Assembly: GCA_045652305.1 (NCBI GenBank)
Contig: JAZRUB010000168.1
Span: forward strand, 1-32,036
Length of the DNA: 32,036 nt
Source of the DNA: Eubacteriales bacterium
GTDB lineage: Bacteria > Bacillota > Clostridia > Oscillospirales > CAG-382
Direction of reading: 5' to 3'
Shown here: in pieces, positions 24,334 through 32,036 of the stretch
How the letters are laid out: every line of letters begins with the position of its first letter
How positions within the stretch are numbered: the stretch's first letter is position 1
Made by a program: the position numbers and the translations under genes
Notes under the pieces: generated by a model
What the model was told of the DNA's origin: nothing
What the model saw: the letters and a program-made list of their open reading frames with translations, nothing else
The model's database searches: none

Positions 24334-25686
24334 TTGGAAAAAGAACAGTTGCTTGAATTTGTCAACTCGCACTTGCAGATAGGCGATTATCAGTCTATCC
24401 GAACCGTTCTTGTTGACTATGAACCTTTTGACCTTGCCGAGCTGTGCGAAGAGCTTGACGAGGCTCATCTGCCGATAGTTTTTCGTTTGATGGCGAAAGA
24501 TTTGGCGGCAGAATGTTTTTCGGAGATGTCGTCGGAATTACAGGAATTGCTTATAAGACGTATGTCCGATGCCGAATTGAAGGCGGTGCTTGACGAGCTA
24601 TATATCGACGACACCGTTGATATTATCGAAGAAATGCCCGCGAATGTTGCTGCCCGTATGTTAAGTAACTCGGACCCCGCTTCTCGTGAGCAGATTAACC
24701 AAATTTTAAATTATCCCAAGGATAGCGCCGGTAGTATAATGACGGTCGAATATGTCCGTCTTGACAGAAATATGAGCGTTACCGATGCTTTTTCGCGTAT
24801 ACGACGCGTCGGTACCGAAAAAGAAACGATTTACACCTGCTATGTAACCGAATCGGACAGAAAGCTTGTCGGCGTGGTTACGGCGATGGATTTAATGTTG
24901 GCTGAAACCGATACGCTTATATCCGAACTGATGGAAACGAATGTTATTTCCGCAAAGACCGATGACGATAGGGAATCGGTAGTTAAAAAAATCTCCGATT
25001 ACAGTTTCCTTGCTTTGCCCGTTGTAGATAGAGATAATCGTCTTGTGGGTATCGTCACCGTCGACGACGCGATTGATGTTGCGCTTGAAGAAGCAACCGA
25101 AGACGTTGAAAAAATGGCAGGTATTACACCGTCGGATAAACCGTATTTAAAAGTAGGCGTTATCGAAACCTGGCTTTCACGTGTGCCGTGGTTGATGCTT
25201 TTGATGCTCTCTGCCACCTTTACGGGTGCGATAATTTCAAATTATGAGGCAGCATTGAGCGAATTTGTTATATTAACTTCATTTATCCCGATGCTCATGG
25301 GTACTGCAGGTAATGCAGGCGGTCAAAGTTCGGTTACGGTAATACGTGCCCTTTCGCTCGGTGATGTCGTTCCCGAGGATATGTTGCGCGTGTTGTGGAA
25401 AGAATTAAGAGTTTCCTGCCTTTGCGGTGTTTCGCTTTCGGCAGTAGGATATTTGAAGGCGATTTGGCTTGACGGCGCGGATGCTTTGGTGGCGTTTGTG
25501 GTTTGTTTGACGCTTTTTGCAACCGTTGTTGCATCGAAGGTTGTGGGTTGTTGTTTCCCGATTGTTATTAAAAAATTGGGCTTTGACCCTGCGGTTGTAG
25601 CAAACCCCTTTATTACAACGGTCATTGACGCATTGGCGTTGGTTGTGTATTTCGCCGTTGCAACAGCAGTTATTCCTGCATTGTAA
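24334..25686 (+). CDS. mgtE: magnesium transporter MgtE
   Basis: The N-domain, a CBS pair (VGVVTAMDLM, LVGIVTVDDAIDV) and a C-terminal 5-TM domain (PMLMGTAGNAGGQSS) are present. No ATG lies near the N-terminus. TTG 24334 has AAAGGA 9 nt upstream and is preferred; the ORF-track start TTG 24286 is the alternative. Confidence 0.85.
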   Translation: MEKEQLLEFVNSHLQIGDYQSIRTVLVDYEPFDLAELCEELDEAHLPIVFRLMAKDLAAECFSEMSSELQELLIRRMSDAELKAVLDELYIDDTVDIIEEMPANVAARMLSNSDPASREQINQILNYPKDSAGSIMTVEYVRLDRNMSVTDAFSRIRRVGTEKETIYTCYVTESDRKLVGVVTAMDLMLAETDTLISELMETNVISAKTDDDRESVVKKISDYSFLALPVVDRDNRLVGIVTVDDAIDVALEEATEDVEKMAGITPSDKPYLKVGVIETWLSRVPWLMLLMLSATFTGAIISNYEAALSEFVILTSFIPMLMGTAGNAGGQSSVTVIRALSLGDVVPEDMLRVLWKELRVSCLCGVSLSAVGYLKAIWLDGADALVAFVVCLTLFATVVASKVVGCCFPIVIKKLGFDPAVVANPFITTVIDALALVVYFAVATAVIPAL

Positions 25687-25709
25687 TTGTTTTATATTTT
25701 AAACTCCGA

Positions 25710-25745
25710 AGTGGCAGAACATGAGTTCTGTCACTTTTGCTTTTG
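25710..25745 (+). terminator. rho-independent terminator of mgtE
   Basis: GTGGCAGAAC (25711-25720), loop ATGA, GTTCTGTCAC (25725-25734, one G.U), then TTTTGCTTTT. Confidence 0.7.
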
Positions 25746-25794
25746 TGCAAAAGTTAAGACAATGAAAATTTTATATAAAAATAAAAGAACACTA

Positions 25795-25823
25795 TTGCTT
25801 TATATTGGTTAATGTGATATAAT
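25795..25823 (+). promoter_or_regulatory. promoter TTGCTT-17-TGaTATAAT for the 25887-31663 operon
   Basis: TTGCTT at 25795-25800, 17-nt spacer, TGa, then TATAAT at 25818-25823. Confidence 0.55.
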
Positions 25824-25886
25824 CTGTATCATCTATAATGCTGTTCGTATATTGCGGACGGCAAAAACAAATTCATGGAGGCTACT

Positions 25887-27407
25887 ATGAAAAAGCATCT
25901 TAAGGTATTTTCCCTTCTTCTTGCAGTGTTGCTTTGCGCAAGCGTATTAGTCGCTTGTAACGGCGGAAACGAAGAATCTTCCGGCCCTGCAACATCCAAT
26001 TCCGGAACTTCTGATGAGAAGTTCACCTACGGTCCTGCCGATTACGGCGAATTCCCTTATCAGGACAAGAATTTTGCAGATTCTGACCCTATCCGTGTTC
26101 TTTGTGTAGAAACCAGCCGTCACAAATACGGCGAACAGCAGTTCACCTACCTCGAAGAACAAGAAGGTAACACTATCAACAGTGCTATCCAAAACCGTAA
26201 CAACTTCCTCGAAGAAACCTACGGTATCACTTTTGACGTTACTCCCGTAACTTCTCCCGCTGACGAAATCGGCATCCTTGTTCAAGGTGGCACAGATGAA
26301 TACGATATCATCTGCGATTCTGTAGACCGCCTTGTTACAGGTATTTCCTCACGTTACTATCGTCCTCTCGACGATATTATGAATATCTCTCACCCCTGGT
26401 GGGATGACCAAGCTATAGAATCTCTTGCTCTCGGTAGCAGACATTACCTCCTCACCGGTGATGCTATCCTTACCGACGACGATAACACCTACCTCACTCT
26501 TTACAATAAAGACATTTACAGCAAAAACGCTGCCCTTTCCGAACAAGGCAACATCTATGACCTCGTTCGTGAAGGTAAATTCACCATCGACGCTTATTAC
26601 GAAATGTGCCGTCAGGTTTCTCACACCGACGAAAACGGTATGTGGGGCTTCAACGCTACCTACGGTAACCTTTCTCACTCCTACGGTGCAACCATCATGG
26701 TTAACGGCTGTAACGTTGCTACCGTTCAGAAAAATGCTGACGATGAACTTTACATCAACGTAAACACCGAATCCGCTATCAAGGCATTCGACAAAGTTTA
26801 CTCTCTCATGTCTGACGCTCAGAACACTCAGCGTGCAGAACTTATCGCAGGTCAGTCGCTTTCTAATCCTTCTCAGTACGGCTTTGCTGAACTTGAAGAA
26901 ATGTTTATAAACGGCAGAGGCTTGTTCTACAACACTACCAGCACCTCTGTTTCTCTTCTCAAGAGCGCTAACATGGACTTCGAATTCGGCGTTCTTCCTA
27001 TTCCGAAGCTTGACGAAACCCAAGAAAACTACTGCTGCGCAGTTAACCGTTATCACTCCTCTGCTCTCGCAATCCCCACTACCGTTCCCGAATCTCGTTT
27101 GGACGCTGTAACCTTTGCACTTCAGGCTCTCGGCTTCTACAATGCAGAAGTTATCCGCGCTTACTACCAGACTACTCTCCAGCTTCAGGCTGTTCAGTCC
27201 GATGACGACGCTGAAATGCTCGACATCGTATACAACAACCGTTTCTATGACATCGGCGCAATTTACGGTTGGGGCGGCGTAGAAGGTATCTACGGTGCAG
27301 TTAGCAGCTCTCCCACCAACACCCTCGTTTCCAAGTGGGAATCTATGGAATCTGCTGTTCAAACCGCTATGGAAGAAGCTATTGACGCATACAACAAGGT
27401 AGCATAA
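25887..27407 (+). CDS. extracellular solute-binding lipoprotein (large ~500-aa sugar-type ABC substrate-binding protein family)
   Basis: Lipobox MKKHLKVFSLLLAVLLCASVLVA|CNGG. Size and sequence style match large Firmicute carbohydrate SBPs (recognised by eye, unverified). GGAGG lies 5 nt before ATG 25887; ATG 25875 is an alternative start. Confidence 0.65.
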   Translation: MKKHLKVFSLLLAVLLCASVLVACNGGNEESSGPATSNSGTSDEKFTYGPADYGEFPYQDKNFADSDPIRVLCVETSRHKYGEQQFTYLEEQEGNTINSAIQNRNNFLEETYGITFDVTPVTSPADEIGILVQGGTDEYDIICDSVDRLVTGISSRYYRPLDDIMNISHPWWDDQAIESLALGSRHYLLTGDAILTDDDNTYLTLYNKDIYSKNAALSEQGNIYDLVREGKFTIDAYYEMCRQVSHTDENGMWGFNATYGNLSHSYGATIMVNGCNVATVQKNADDELYINVNTESAIKAFDKVYSLMSDAQNTQRAELIAGQSLSNPSQYGFAELEEMFINGRGLFYNTTSTSVSLLKSANMDFEFGVLPIPKLDETQENYCCAVNRYHSSALAIPTTVPESRLDAVTFALQALGFYNAEVIRAYYQTTLQLQAVQSDDDAEMLDIVYNNRFYDIGAIYGWGGVEGIYGAVSSSPTNTLVSKWESMESAVQTAMEEAIDAYNKVA

Positions 27408-27420
27408 TTAGGTGCACTGT

Positions 27421-29424
27421 ATGTTCAAAAAAATATTAATTTCGGTCCTTGCACTATTGATGCTTGTTCCTATGTTTGCATCGGTAGCACATGCCGAAGA
27501 CGAAATAATATCAGTTGGGAAATCGTATACTCTTGAGTATGCGATTCCCATCCACAACGCATATCCCAACAAAGAATATAAAAGCGAAACAAAACTTACC
27601 GACGGTATTAGAGCTACTACCGACTCGTATAACGATGCAGCATGGCTTGAATTATACAGAGGTGCCGAAGTTACCGTTACAATCGACCTTGAAGAGGTTA
27701 TGGCGATAAGCAAGGTATATGTCGGTCAGTTTCAGCATAGAGCTGCAGGTATTGTATGCTCTCGCTATGCTAAAGTTTATGTATCCGAAGACGGCGAAAA
27801 CTTCAATTACGCAGGTGAAGTACAAGACCCGCGTCTTGCAACTTATACGGTTGCAAAGCGTGTGGGCTTGACTGTAGAACTTGACAACAACTATAAAGCT
27901 CGTTACGTACGCGTTGTATTCTCCAGTAGCGTTAATACAAACGTTGACGAAATCATGGTTTATGGTAACTCTGACGTTTCTTCTGCGGTTTCGGGCGAAC
28001 CCTATACCGAACCTGCAGATAAAGGCGTTTCGGGCGATATCGACGGCATCAAGAGTATTTGTTTGATGTACGTTGCAGATATGCTTAACCAAAATCAGTC
28101 AGCTTACGTTGGATATACCGCTCAAACTCTCAAATATTATTTTGCTTACATTGACGGCAACGGCAATGCTAAGGACCAAATGTTTGATTCGTTGTTGTTC
28201 CTCGGTATTCCTCAGGACGTAAGCCAAATGACCAAGGCTCAGATGGAAGTATCGGTTAAAAATACTTTCCATCCCAATTATAATGTTGGTGCTTTGAATA
28301 CCGTTGTCGGCGATTTAAAGGATGACCTTGGACTTGATTCCGACTATAAATATCCTATTTTCTTGTCGGTTCCCAATTTCAAATACAGCACTGGCGTGTT
28401 TGGCGAAATAGACGGTAAAAACATCCAGCTCAATTCTTTGGAAAAGCGTTCTGCTGCCGTAAAGTGGTATATCGACTATATCGAAGCAGAATTTGAAAAG
28501 TGCAATTTCGAGAATTTGGAAATCAAAGGCTTGTATTGGTTTGCAGAAAGCATCAATTATGCCGAATCTACCCACGAAGAAGCACTTGTAAAGTATTTCA
28601 ACGATTATTCCCACGAAAAGGGATATAAGACGATGTGGATACCTTACTACAGCGCTTCGGGTGTTGAAGTATCCAAAGACCTCGGTTTCGACTCTGTTAC
28701 CATGCAAAGCGGTTATGCTTTTGACAATTCAAGCCCTGAAGTAGGTGATTCTACTCCTCAAGTGTGTAACGACGCTGCAGACGTTGTTAAGAAGTATGGC
28801 TTGAATGGTATGGAATTCGAAGTTGACATGAATTCCAAGGATTATGCAAGAAAATTTGCAAAGTATGTAAGTGCTTCTTACGGTGCAGGCCTTATGGAAA
28901 ATGGTATGATGACCATGTACCAGGTTGGCGACCATCTTTTCCGTAGTGCAGTAGGTACTAATGCTGTAAGAACAGTATACGAATTGACGTATAAATACTG
29001 TTCCGGTACTTATTACGAAGCTACTCCTGTTATTAAAGAAGGTAAAACCGTAACTGTTGCTCTGAACAGTTATTATAACGACAAACTCGAAATCATTGAC
29101 GAAGATACTAAAAAGAGCGACCTCAAAATCGCTACTATTGAAAAGCCTGACGGCATATACTTTGCCGCAGAAGGCAATGGTTTCTTCGAAGTACAAACCT
29201 ACGATTGCCAGCCCGGCACCTACACTGCACGTGTTTCGGTAACCGACGGCACAAGCATTTCCAATACCGTAGAAATCACGATAATTGTTGAACCCGATGC
29301 GGTTGAAGAACCTGTCGAAGACGGCGGAATGGACCTTTGGGTAATCATCGTTATCATCGTAGGCGCACTCGCAGTTATTGCTGCTGTTGCTGTCGTTATA
29401 ATTAAATCAAACAAGAATAAATAA
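27421..29424 (+). CDS. secreted, C-terminally membrane-anchored protein: N-terminal F5/8 type C (discoidin-like) domain plus an uncharacterised central domain (DUF4855-like by recollection)
   Basis: Signal peptide MFKKILISVLALLMLVPMFASVAHA|ED. The discoidin-like region is TDGIRATTD...VYVSEDGENF...ARYVRVVF...DEIMVYGN. The central region carries YKTMWIPYYSASG. The C-terminal TM anchor is LWVIIVIIVGALAVIAAVAVVII-KSNKNK. AGGTG lies 6 nt before ATG 27421; the ORF-track start at 27412 is GTG. Confidence 0.7.
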   Translation: MFKKILISVLALLMLVPMFASVAHAEDEIISVGKSYTLEYAIPIHNAYPNKEYKSETKLTDGIRATTDSYNDAAWLELYRGAEVTVTIDLEEVMAISKVYVGQFQHRAAGIVCSRYAKVYVSEDGENFNYAGEVQDPRLATYTVAKRVGLTVELDNNYKARYVRVVFSSSVNTNVDEIMVYGNSDVSSAVSGEPYTEPADKGVSGDIDGIKSICLMYVADMLNQNQSAYVGYTAQTLKYYFAYIDGNGNAKDQMFDSLLFLGIPQDVSQMTKAQMEVSVKNTFHPNYNVGALNTVVGDLKDDLGLDSDYKYPIFLSVPNFKYSTGVFGEIDGKNIQLNSLEKRSAAVKWYIDYIEAEFEKCNFENLEIKGLYWFAESINYAESTHEEALVKYFNDYSHEKGYKTMWIPYYSASGVEVSKDLGFDSVTMQSGYAFDNSSPEVGDSTPQVCNDAADVVKKYGLNGMEFEVDMNSKDYARKFAKYVSASYGAGLMENGMMTMYQVGDHLFRSAVGTNAVRTVYELTYKYCSGTYYEATPVIKEGKTVTVALNSYYNDKLEIIDEDTKKSDLKIATIEKPDGIYFAAEGNGFFEVQTYDCQPGTYTARVSVTDGTSISNTVEITIIVEPDAVEEPVEDGGMDLWVIIVIIVGALAVIAAVAVVIIKSNKNK

Positions 29425-29448
29425 TTCATTAAGGAGCGTGTTTAATTT

Positions 29449-30771
29449 ATGAAGAAAATTATTGCAATTGTTCTTGTCTGCCTTTTTGCTATGTCTTTTG
29501 TAGCATGCGGCGGCGAAGAAGAAGTAAGCAATCCTACTTTCTCTACTGCAAGCAAGAATGAAGATGCGACTTCTACTACTGATACTTCTAAAACAGAATC
29601 TTCTAAAGATGAAACTTCCGAAACTTCTTCCTCTGAACCTGTTGTTCCCGTTGCATATACCAACAAGTTTATCTCTTGGGGCGATTACACCAAGACCGAC
29701 CGTACCAAGGTAACTGCTAACGGTGCGGCTTCTCTCCAACTTTCCAAGGTTAACGAACCTGTAGGCGAAAGAGATAACGGCGTATTCACTTCTGTTTATG
29801 GCAGAACCATCGAAGTTGAAGGCCAAGATTATGCTAACTACGCTGTTGCTGTTTTCGAATACAAACACGAAAAGTTCTCCTACATCAAAACTTCTTTCGC
29901 TAAAGCTGGCGAAGCAGACGCAAAGACTGCTATCCCAGAAGACGGCTTTGTTGTAGTTATATGGAAAGACAATGCGCCTAAAATCACCGCTATCGAAAAT
30001 GCTGACGATACCATCGCATTCTTCCCCCACGGTTTCATTGTTAGCACCGGTCTTGACACCAAAATTAAGTCTGCTACCAAAGCTCCCGCTATCGACGGTA
30101 AGATTTCTACCGCTGAATACGGTAGCATGGTTTGGGACATCAAACCCGATAACCAATACGTAAGCTATGCTCAGTTCGAAGTTAACAACTACTACGCAAC
30201 TGCAGAAGTTTACATGACCTATGATGCAGACAAATTGTACGTTGGCGTAATCGTTGATACTCCTATGCACGACAACATCTGTAATGCAGACAGCGCAGCT
30301 CAAATGTACAAGTACGACTGCATTCAGCTTAACCTCTCTGCTTTCGGTGCTGACAGCGAATACATCAGCGAAAACTGGGATTTCCATCGCGAAACCAATG
30401 ATATCACCGCTCAAGACAACACTGTACGTCAGTACGGTTTCGGTGTAAACAACGACGGCGAAACCATCACCCACGTATGGATGCCCGAAGGCGCAATGGC
30501 TGAAAACTGCGAAGCTTTCTGTGTATACGATGAAGGCGCTGGTAAGATTTACTACGAAGCAGCAATTGGTTGGGACGAACTCGGCACTTCTGAGTTCCCT
30601 GTAGAAAAACCTGTTAAGGGCGACGAAATCTCTATTTCTGTTTCTATCAACTGCTCTAACTTCGATGAAGAATTGCAACAACCTTCGTTGAAGAGTATCT
30701 TCCTCCGCGATGGCGGCGGAATCATCGGCATCAACGACTGGACCAAGATGCCTACCATCACTCTCGACTAA
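29449..30771 (+). CDS. lipoprotein with S/T/E-rich linker and C-terminal CBM9-like carbohydrate-binding domain
   Basis: Lipobox MKKIIAIVLVCLFAMSFVA|CGG, then the low-complexity linker TSTTDTSKTESSKDETSETSSSE. The C-terminal region APAIDGKISTAEYG...YMTYDADKLYVGVIVDT resembles CBM9 / DOMON-like sugar-binding domains (by eye). Confidence 0.65.
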   Translation: MKKIIAIVLVCLFAMSFVACGGEEEVSNPTFSTASKNEDATSTTDTSKTESSKDETSETSSSEPVVPVAYTNKFISWGDYTKTDRTKVTANGAASLQLSKVNEPVGERDNGVFTSVYGRTIEVEGQDYANYAVAVFEYKHEKFSYIKTSFAKAGEADAKTAIPEDGFVVVIWKDNAPKITAIENADDTIAFFPHGFIVSTGLDTKIKSATKAPAIDGKISTAEYGSMVWDIKPDNQYVSYAQFEVNNYYATAEVYMTYDADKLYVGVIVDTPMHDNICNADSAAQMYKYDCIQLNLSAFGADSEYISENWDFHRETNDITAQDNTVRQYGFGVNNDGETITHVWMPEGAMAENCEAFCVYDEGAGKIYYEAAIGWDELGTSEFPVEKPVKGDEISISVSINCSNFDEELQQPSLKSIFLRDGGGIIGINDWTKMPTITLD

Positions 30772-30793
30772 TTAAAACGAGGTATAAATCGTT

Positions 30794-31663
30794 ATGAAAA
30801 TAGGCGTCAGTCTTTATAGTTTTCACGGCTATACCGAGGAAGATTCTCTCGGTATCAAGGGCTGTATTGATAAGGTTAAAGAATTCGGTGCAGAAGGTGT
30901 CGATTTTATCGAAACCCCTAAGTACAAGGATGACCTTGAAGCATATATAAACTATGCGAAAGATATAGGTGATTATTGTAAAAAAGTCGGCATAGAGGCT
31001 TGTTGCTTCTGTGTCGGAGCAGACTTCGTTAACCGCGATACTGATGCCGAAATACAGCGTGTAAAAGGTTTGGTTGACGTTGCCGCAGCTTACGGCTGTA
31101 AGGTTATGCGTCACGACGCTACTTCGGGTTATCCCGCTTCGGAAAGAAAGACGGGCAGAAGTTTTGATTACGTGCTTCCTATCCTTGCAAGAGCGTATCG
31201 CGAAGTTACTGAATATGCTGAAACCAAGGGTATAAAGACTTGTATCGAAAATCACGGCTTTTTCGCACAGGACCCCGAACGTGTGGAAAAACTTATAAAC
31301 GCTGTTGACCACGTCAATTTTGGCGCATTGGTTGATATCGGCAACTTTGCTTGCTCCGATACCGACCATAATTACGCCGTAGGTTTACTTGCACCTTATG
31401 CTTTCCATGCTCACGCAAAGGATTTTCATAAGAGAAGCGGTTCGCTTGACAATCCCGGTGAGGGATGGTTCCAAACACGTGGCGGTAACTATCTTCGCGG
31501 TTCCATTATAGGACACGGTGATGTTCCCGTACGTCAATGTGTGCAAACGCTCAAACGTAACTCTTATGATGGATTCCTTACGATTGAGTTCGAAGGAATG
31601 GAAGACTCCTTAAAGGGCATACGCATAGGCTGTGAAAACCTAAAGCGTTTTATCGAACAGTAA
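30794..31663 (+). CDS. sugar phosphate isomerase/epimerase (xylose-isomerase-like TIM barrel)
   Basis: Roughly 290 aa with a typical pattern: GAEGVDF near the N-terminus, IENHG, VDIGNF and HAKD metal-ligand style motifs. It lies 22 nt after the preceding gene. Confidence 0.75.
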   Translation: MKIGVSLYSFHGYTEEDSLGIKGCIDKVKEFGAEGVDFIETPKYKDDLEAYINYAKDIGDYCKKVGIEACCFCVGADFVNRDTDAEIQRVKGLVDVAAAYGCKVMRHDATSGYPASERKTGRSFDYVLPILARAYREVTEYAETKGIKTCIENHGFFAQDPERVEKLINAVDHVNFGALVDIGNFACSDTDHNYAVGLLAPYAFHAHAKDFHKRSGSLDNPGEGWFQTRGGNYLRGSIIGHGDVPVRQCVQTLKRNSYDGFLTIEFEGMEDSLKGIRIGCENLKRFIEQ

Positions 31664-31670
31664 TTCACTT

Positions 31671-31702
31671 TATATGGGGCGCGATATAAAGCGCCCCATA
31701 TA
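31671..31702 (+). terminator. terminator-like hairpin ending the operon
   Basis: TATATGGGGCGC (31671-31682), loop GATATAAA, GCGCCCCATATA (31691-31702). The downstream T-tract is weak (TTAAATTA). Confidence 0.45.
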
Positions 31703-31735
31703 TTAAATTAAGGGCATTTTTATAGTTGGGATATT

Positions 31736-32036
31736 ATGAAACGAAAAAAACAAGATGTTGTGCCCGAAAACAGGCGCGACACCGCGTCGGATAAAAAAAC
31801 AATAAAAAAAATAGCAATCATTATTGTATGCGTGTTCGCATTTTTGGGATTGCTTTTGGGTGTTCTTGCGATTATTACTGAATTGTTAGAACCCGAATAT
31901 GACAATACGTCTTATGACGACTATCGCTTTTTTGAAGCAGATTATAATAAGAATATTTTTGAGGACGAATTATATCTAAACCGCAATCGTAACATATACT
32001 ATAACCGTTACGGTACGGAACGTGTTTTGACAGAAT
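31736..32036 (+). CDS. membrane-anchored hypothetical protein, N-terminal part (runs off the 3' window edge; absent from the ORF track because it has no stop)
   Basis: ATG 31736 opens a frame with no stop to base 32036: MKRKKQDVVPENRRDTASDKKTIKKIAIIIVCVFAFLGLLLGVLAIITELLEPEYDNTSYDDYRFFEADYNK... It has a basic N-terminus followed by a single TM helix. The RBS is weak (TTGGGA). Confidence 0.5.
   Translation, partial: MKRKKQDVVPENRRDTASDKKTIKKIAIIIVCVFAFLGLLLGVLAIITELLEPEYDNTSYDDYRFFEADYNKNIFEDELYLNRNRNIYYNRYGTERVLTE

Noticed and set aside
26349-27362. 337-aa ORF on the minus strand, inside the solute-binding-protein gene
   Set aside because: It is triplet-aligned antisense to a well-supported lipoprotein gene. 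It has no RBS. Its translation is V/N/F/S-rich low-complexity sequence with no recognisable motif. It is explained by the sense gene avoiding TTA/CTA/TCA codons.
29407-30681. 424-aa ORF on the minus strand, inside the CBM9-like lipoprotein gene
   Set aside because: The same codon-aligned antisense artefact applies. The sense strand has a clear lipobox, linker and domain structure, and the antisense product is low-complexity.
30758-31369. 203-aa minus-strand ORF opposite the TIM-barrel isomerase gene
   Set aside because: It is codon-aligned antisense to a gene with clear family motifs, and it has no RBS.
31720-31905. 61-aa minus-strand ORF near the 3' edge
   Set aside because: It is antisense to an open plus-strand frame (31736 to the window end). 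That frame encodes a basic N-terminus plus a clean TM helix and is the more plausible gene.
1-32036. Scan for CRISPR arrays, IS/transposase or integrase genes, prophage genes, toxin-antitoxin pairs or known defence systems
   Set aside because: I found no regularly spaced direct repeats. No ORF carries DDE/HUH/tyrosine- or serine-recombinase, nuclease-helicase or other defence-type motifs. The only repeat structure found is the tRNA-Ser-derived one reported above.

Overview
This 32-kb chromosomal segment looks like a low-GC Gram-positive, Clostridia-like genome. It has GGAGG-type ribosome-binding sites, many TGnTATAAT extended -10 promoters, lipobox lipoproteins and hairpin/T-tract terminators between convergent genes. 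I call 23 protein-coding genes (two cut by the window edges) and one tRNA-Ser(CGA). I saw no rRNA, CRISPR array, transposase, integrase, or recognisable toxin or defence gene. Most genes are ordinary housekeeping, transport or envelope functions: a YhhQ-like transporter, an SDR, a PlsC-like acyltransferase, a GltS-like symporter, a metallophosphoesterase, a CapA-family protein, a MATE exporter, a ClpP/TepA-like protease, a thioredoxin-like protein, a ClC channel, an acyl-CoA ligase, Ung and MgtE. Four places deserve a second look. (1) An ORF-free 0.8-kb tRNA-Ser locus (10.75-11.5 kb) has one canonical tRNA flanked by partial copies of its own 5' and 3' ends, hairpin-dense spacers, two terminators and a strong promoter. 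(2) A monocistronic 7.1-kb gene encodes a three-module cyclic beta-1,2-glucan-synthase-like protein (GT84-like, central glucanase-like, GH94-like) in a Gram-positive context. (3) A codon-biased operon (25.8-31.7 kb) encodes an orphan solute-binding lipoprotein, two surface-anchored carbohydrate-binding-domain proteins and a TIM-barrel isomerase, with no ABC permease or ATPase nearby. (4) A roughly 165-nt leader with terminator/antiterminator alternatives lies upstream of mgtE and does not look like a full M-box. All family assignments rest on motifs read by eye; no database search was run.
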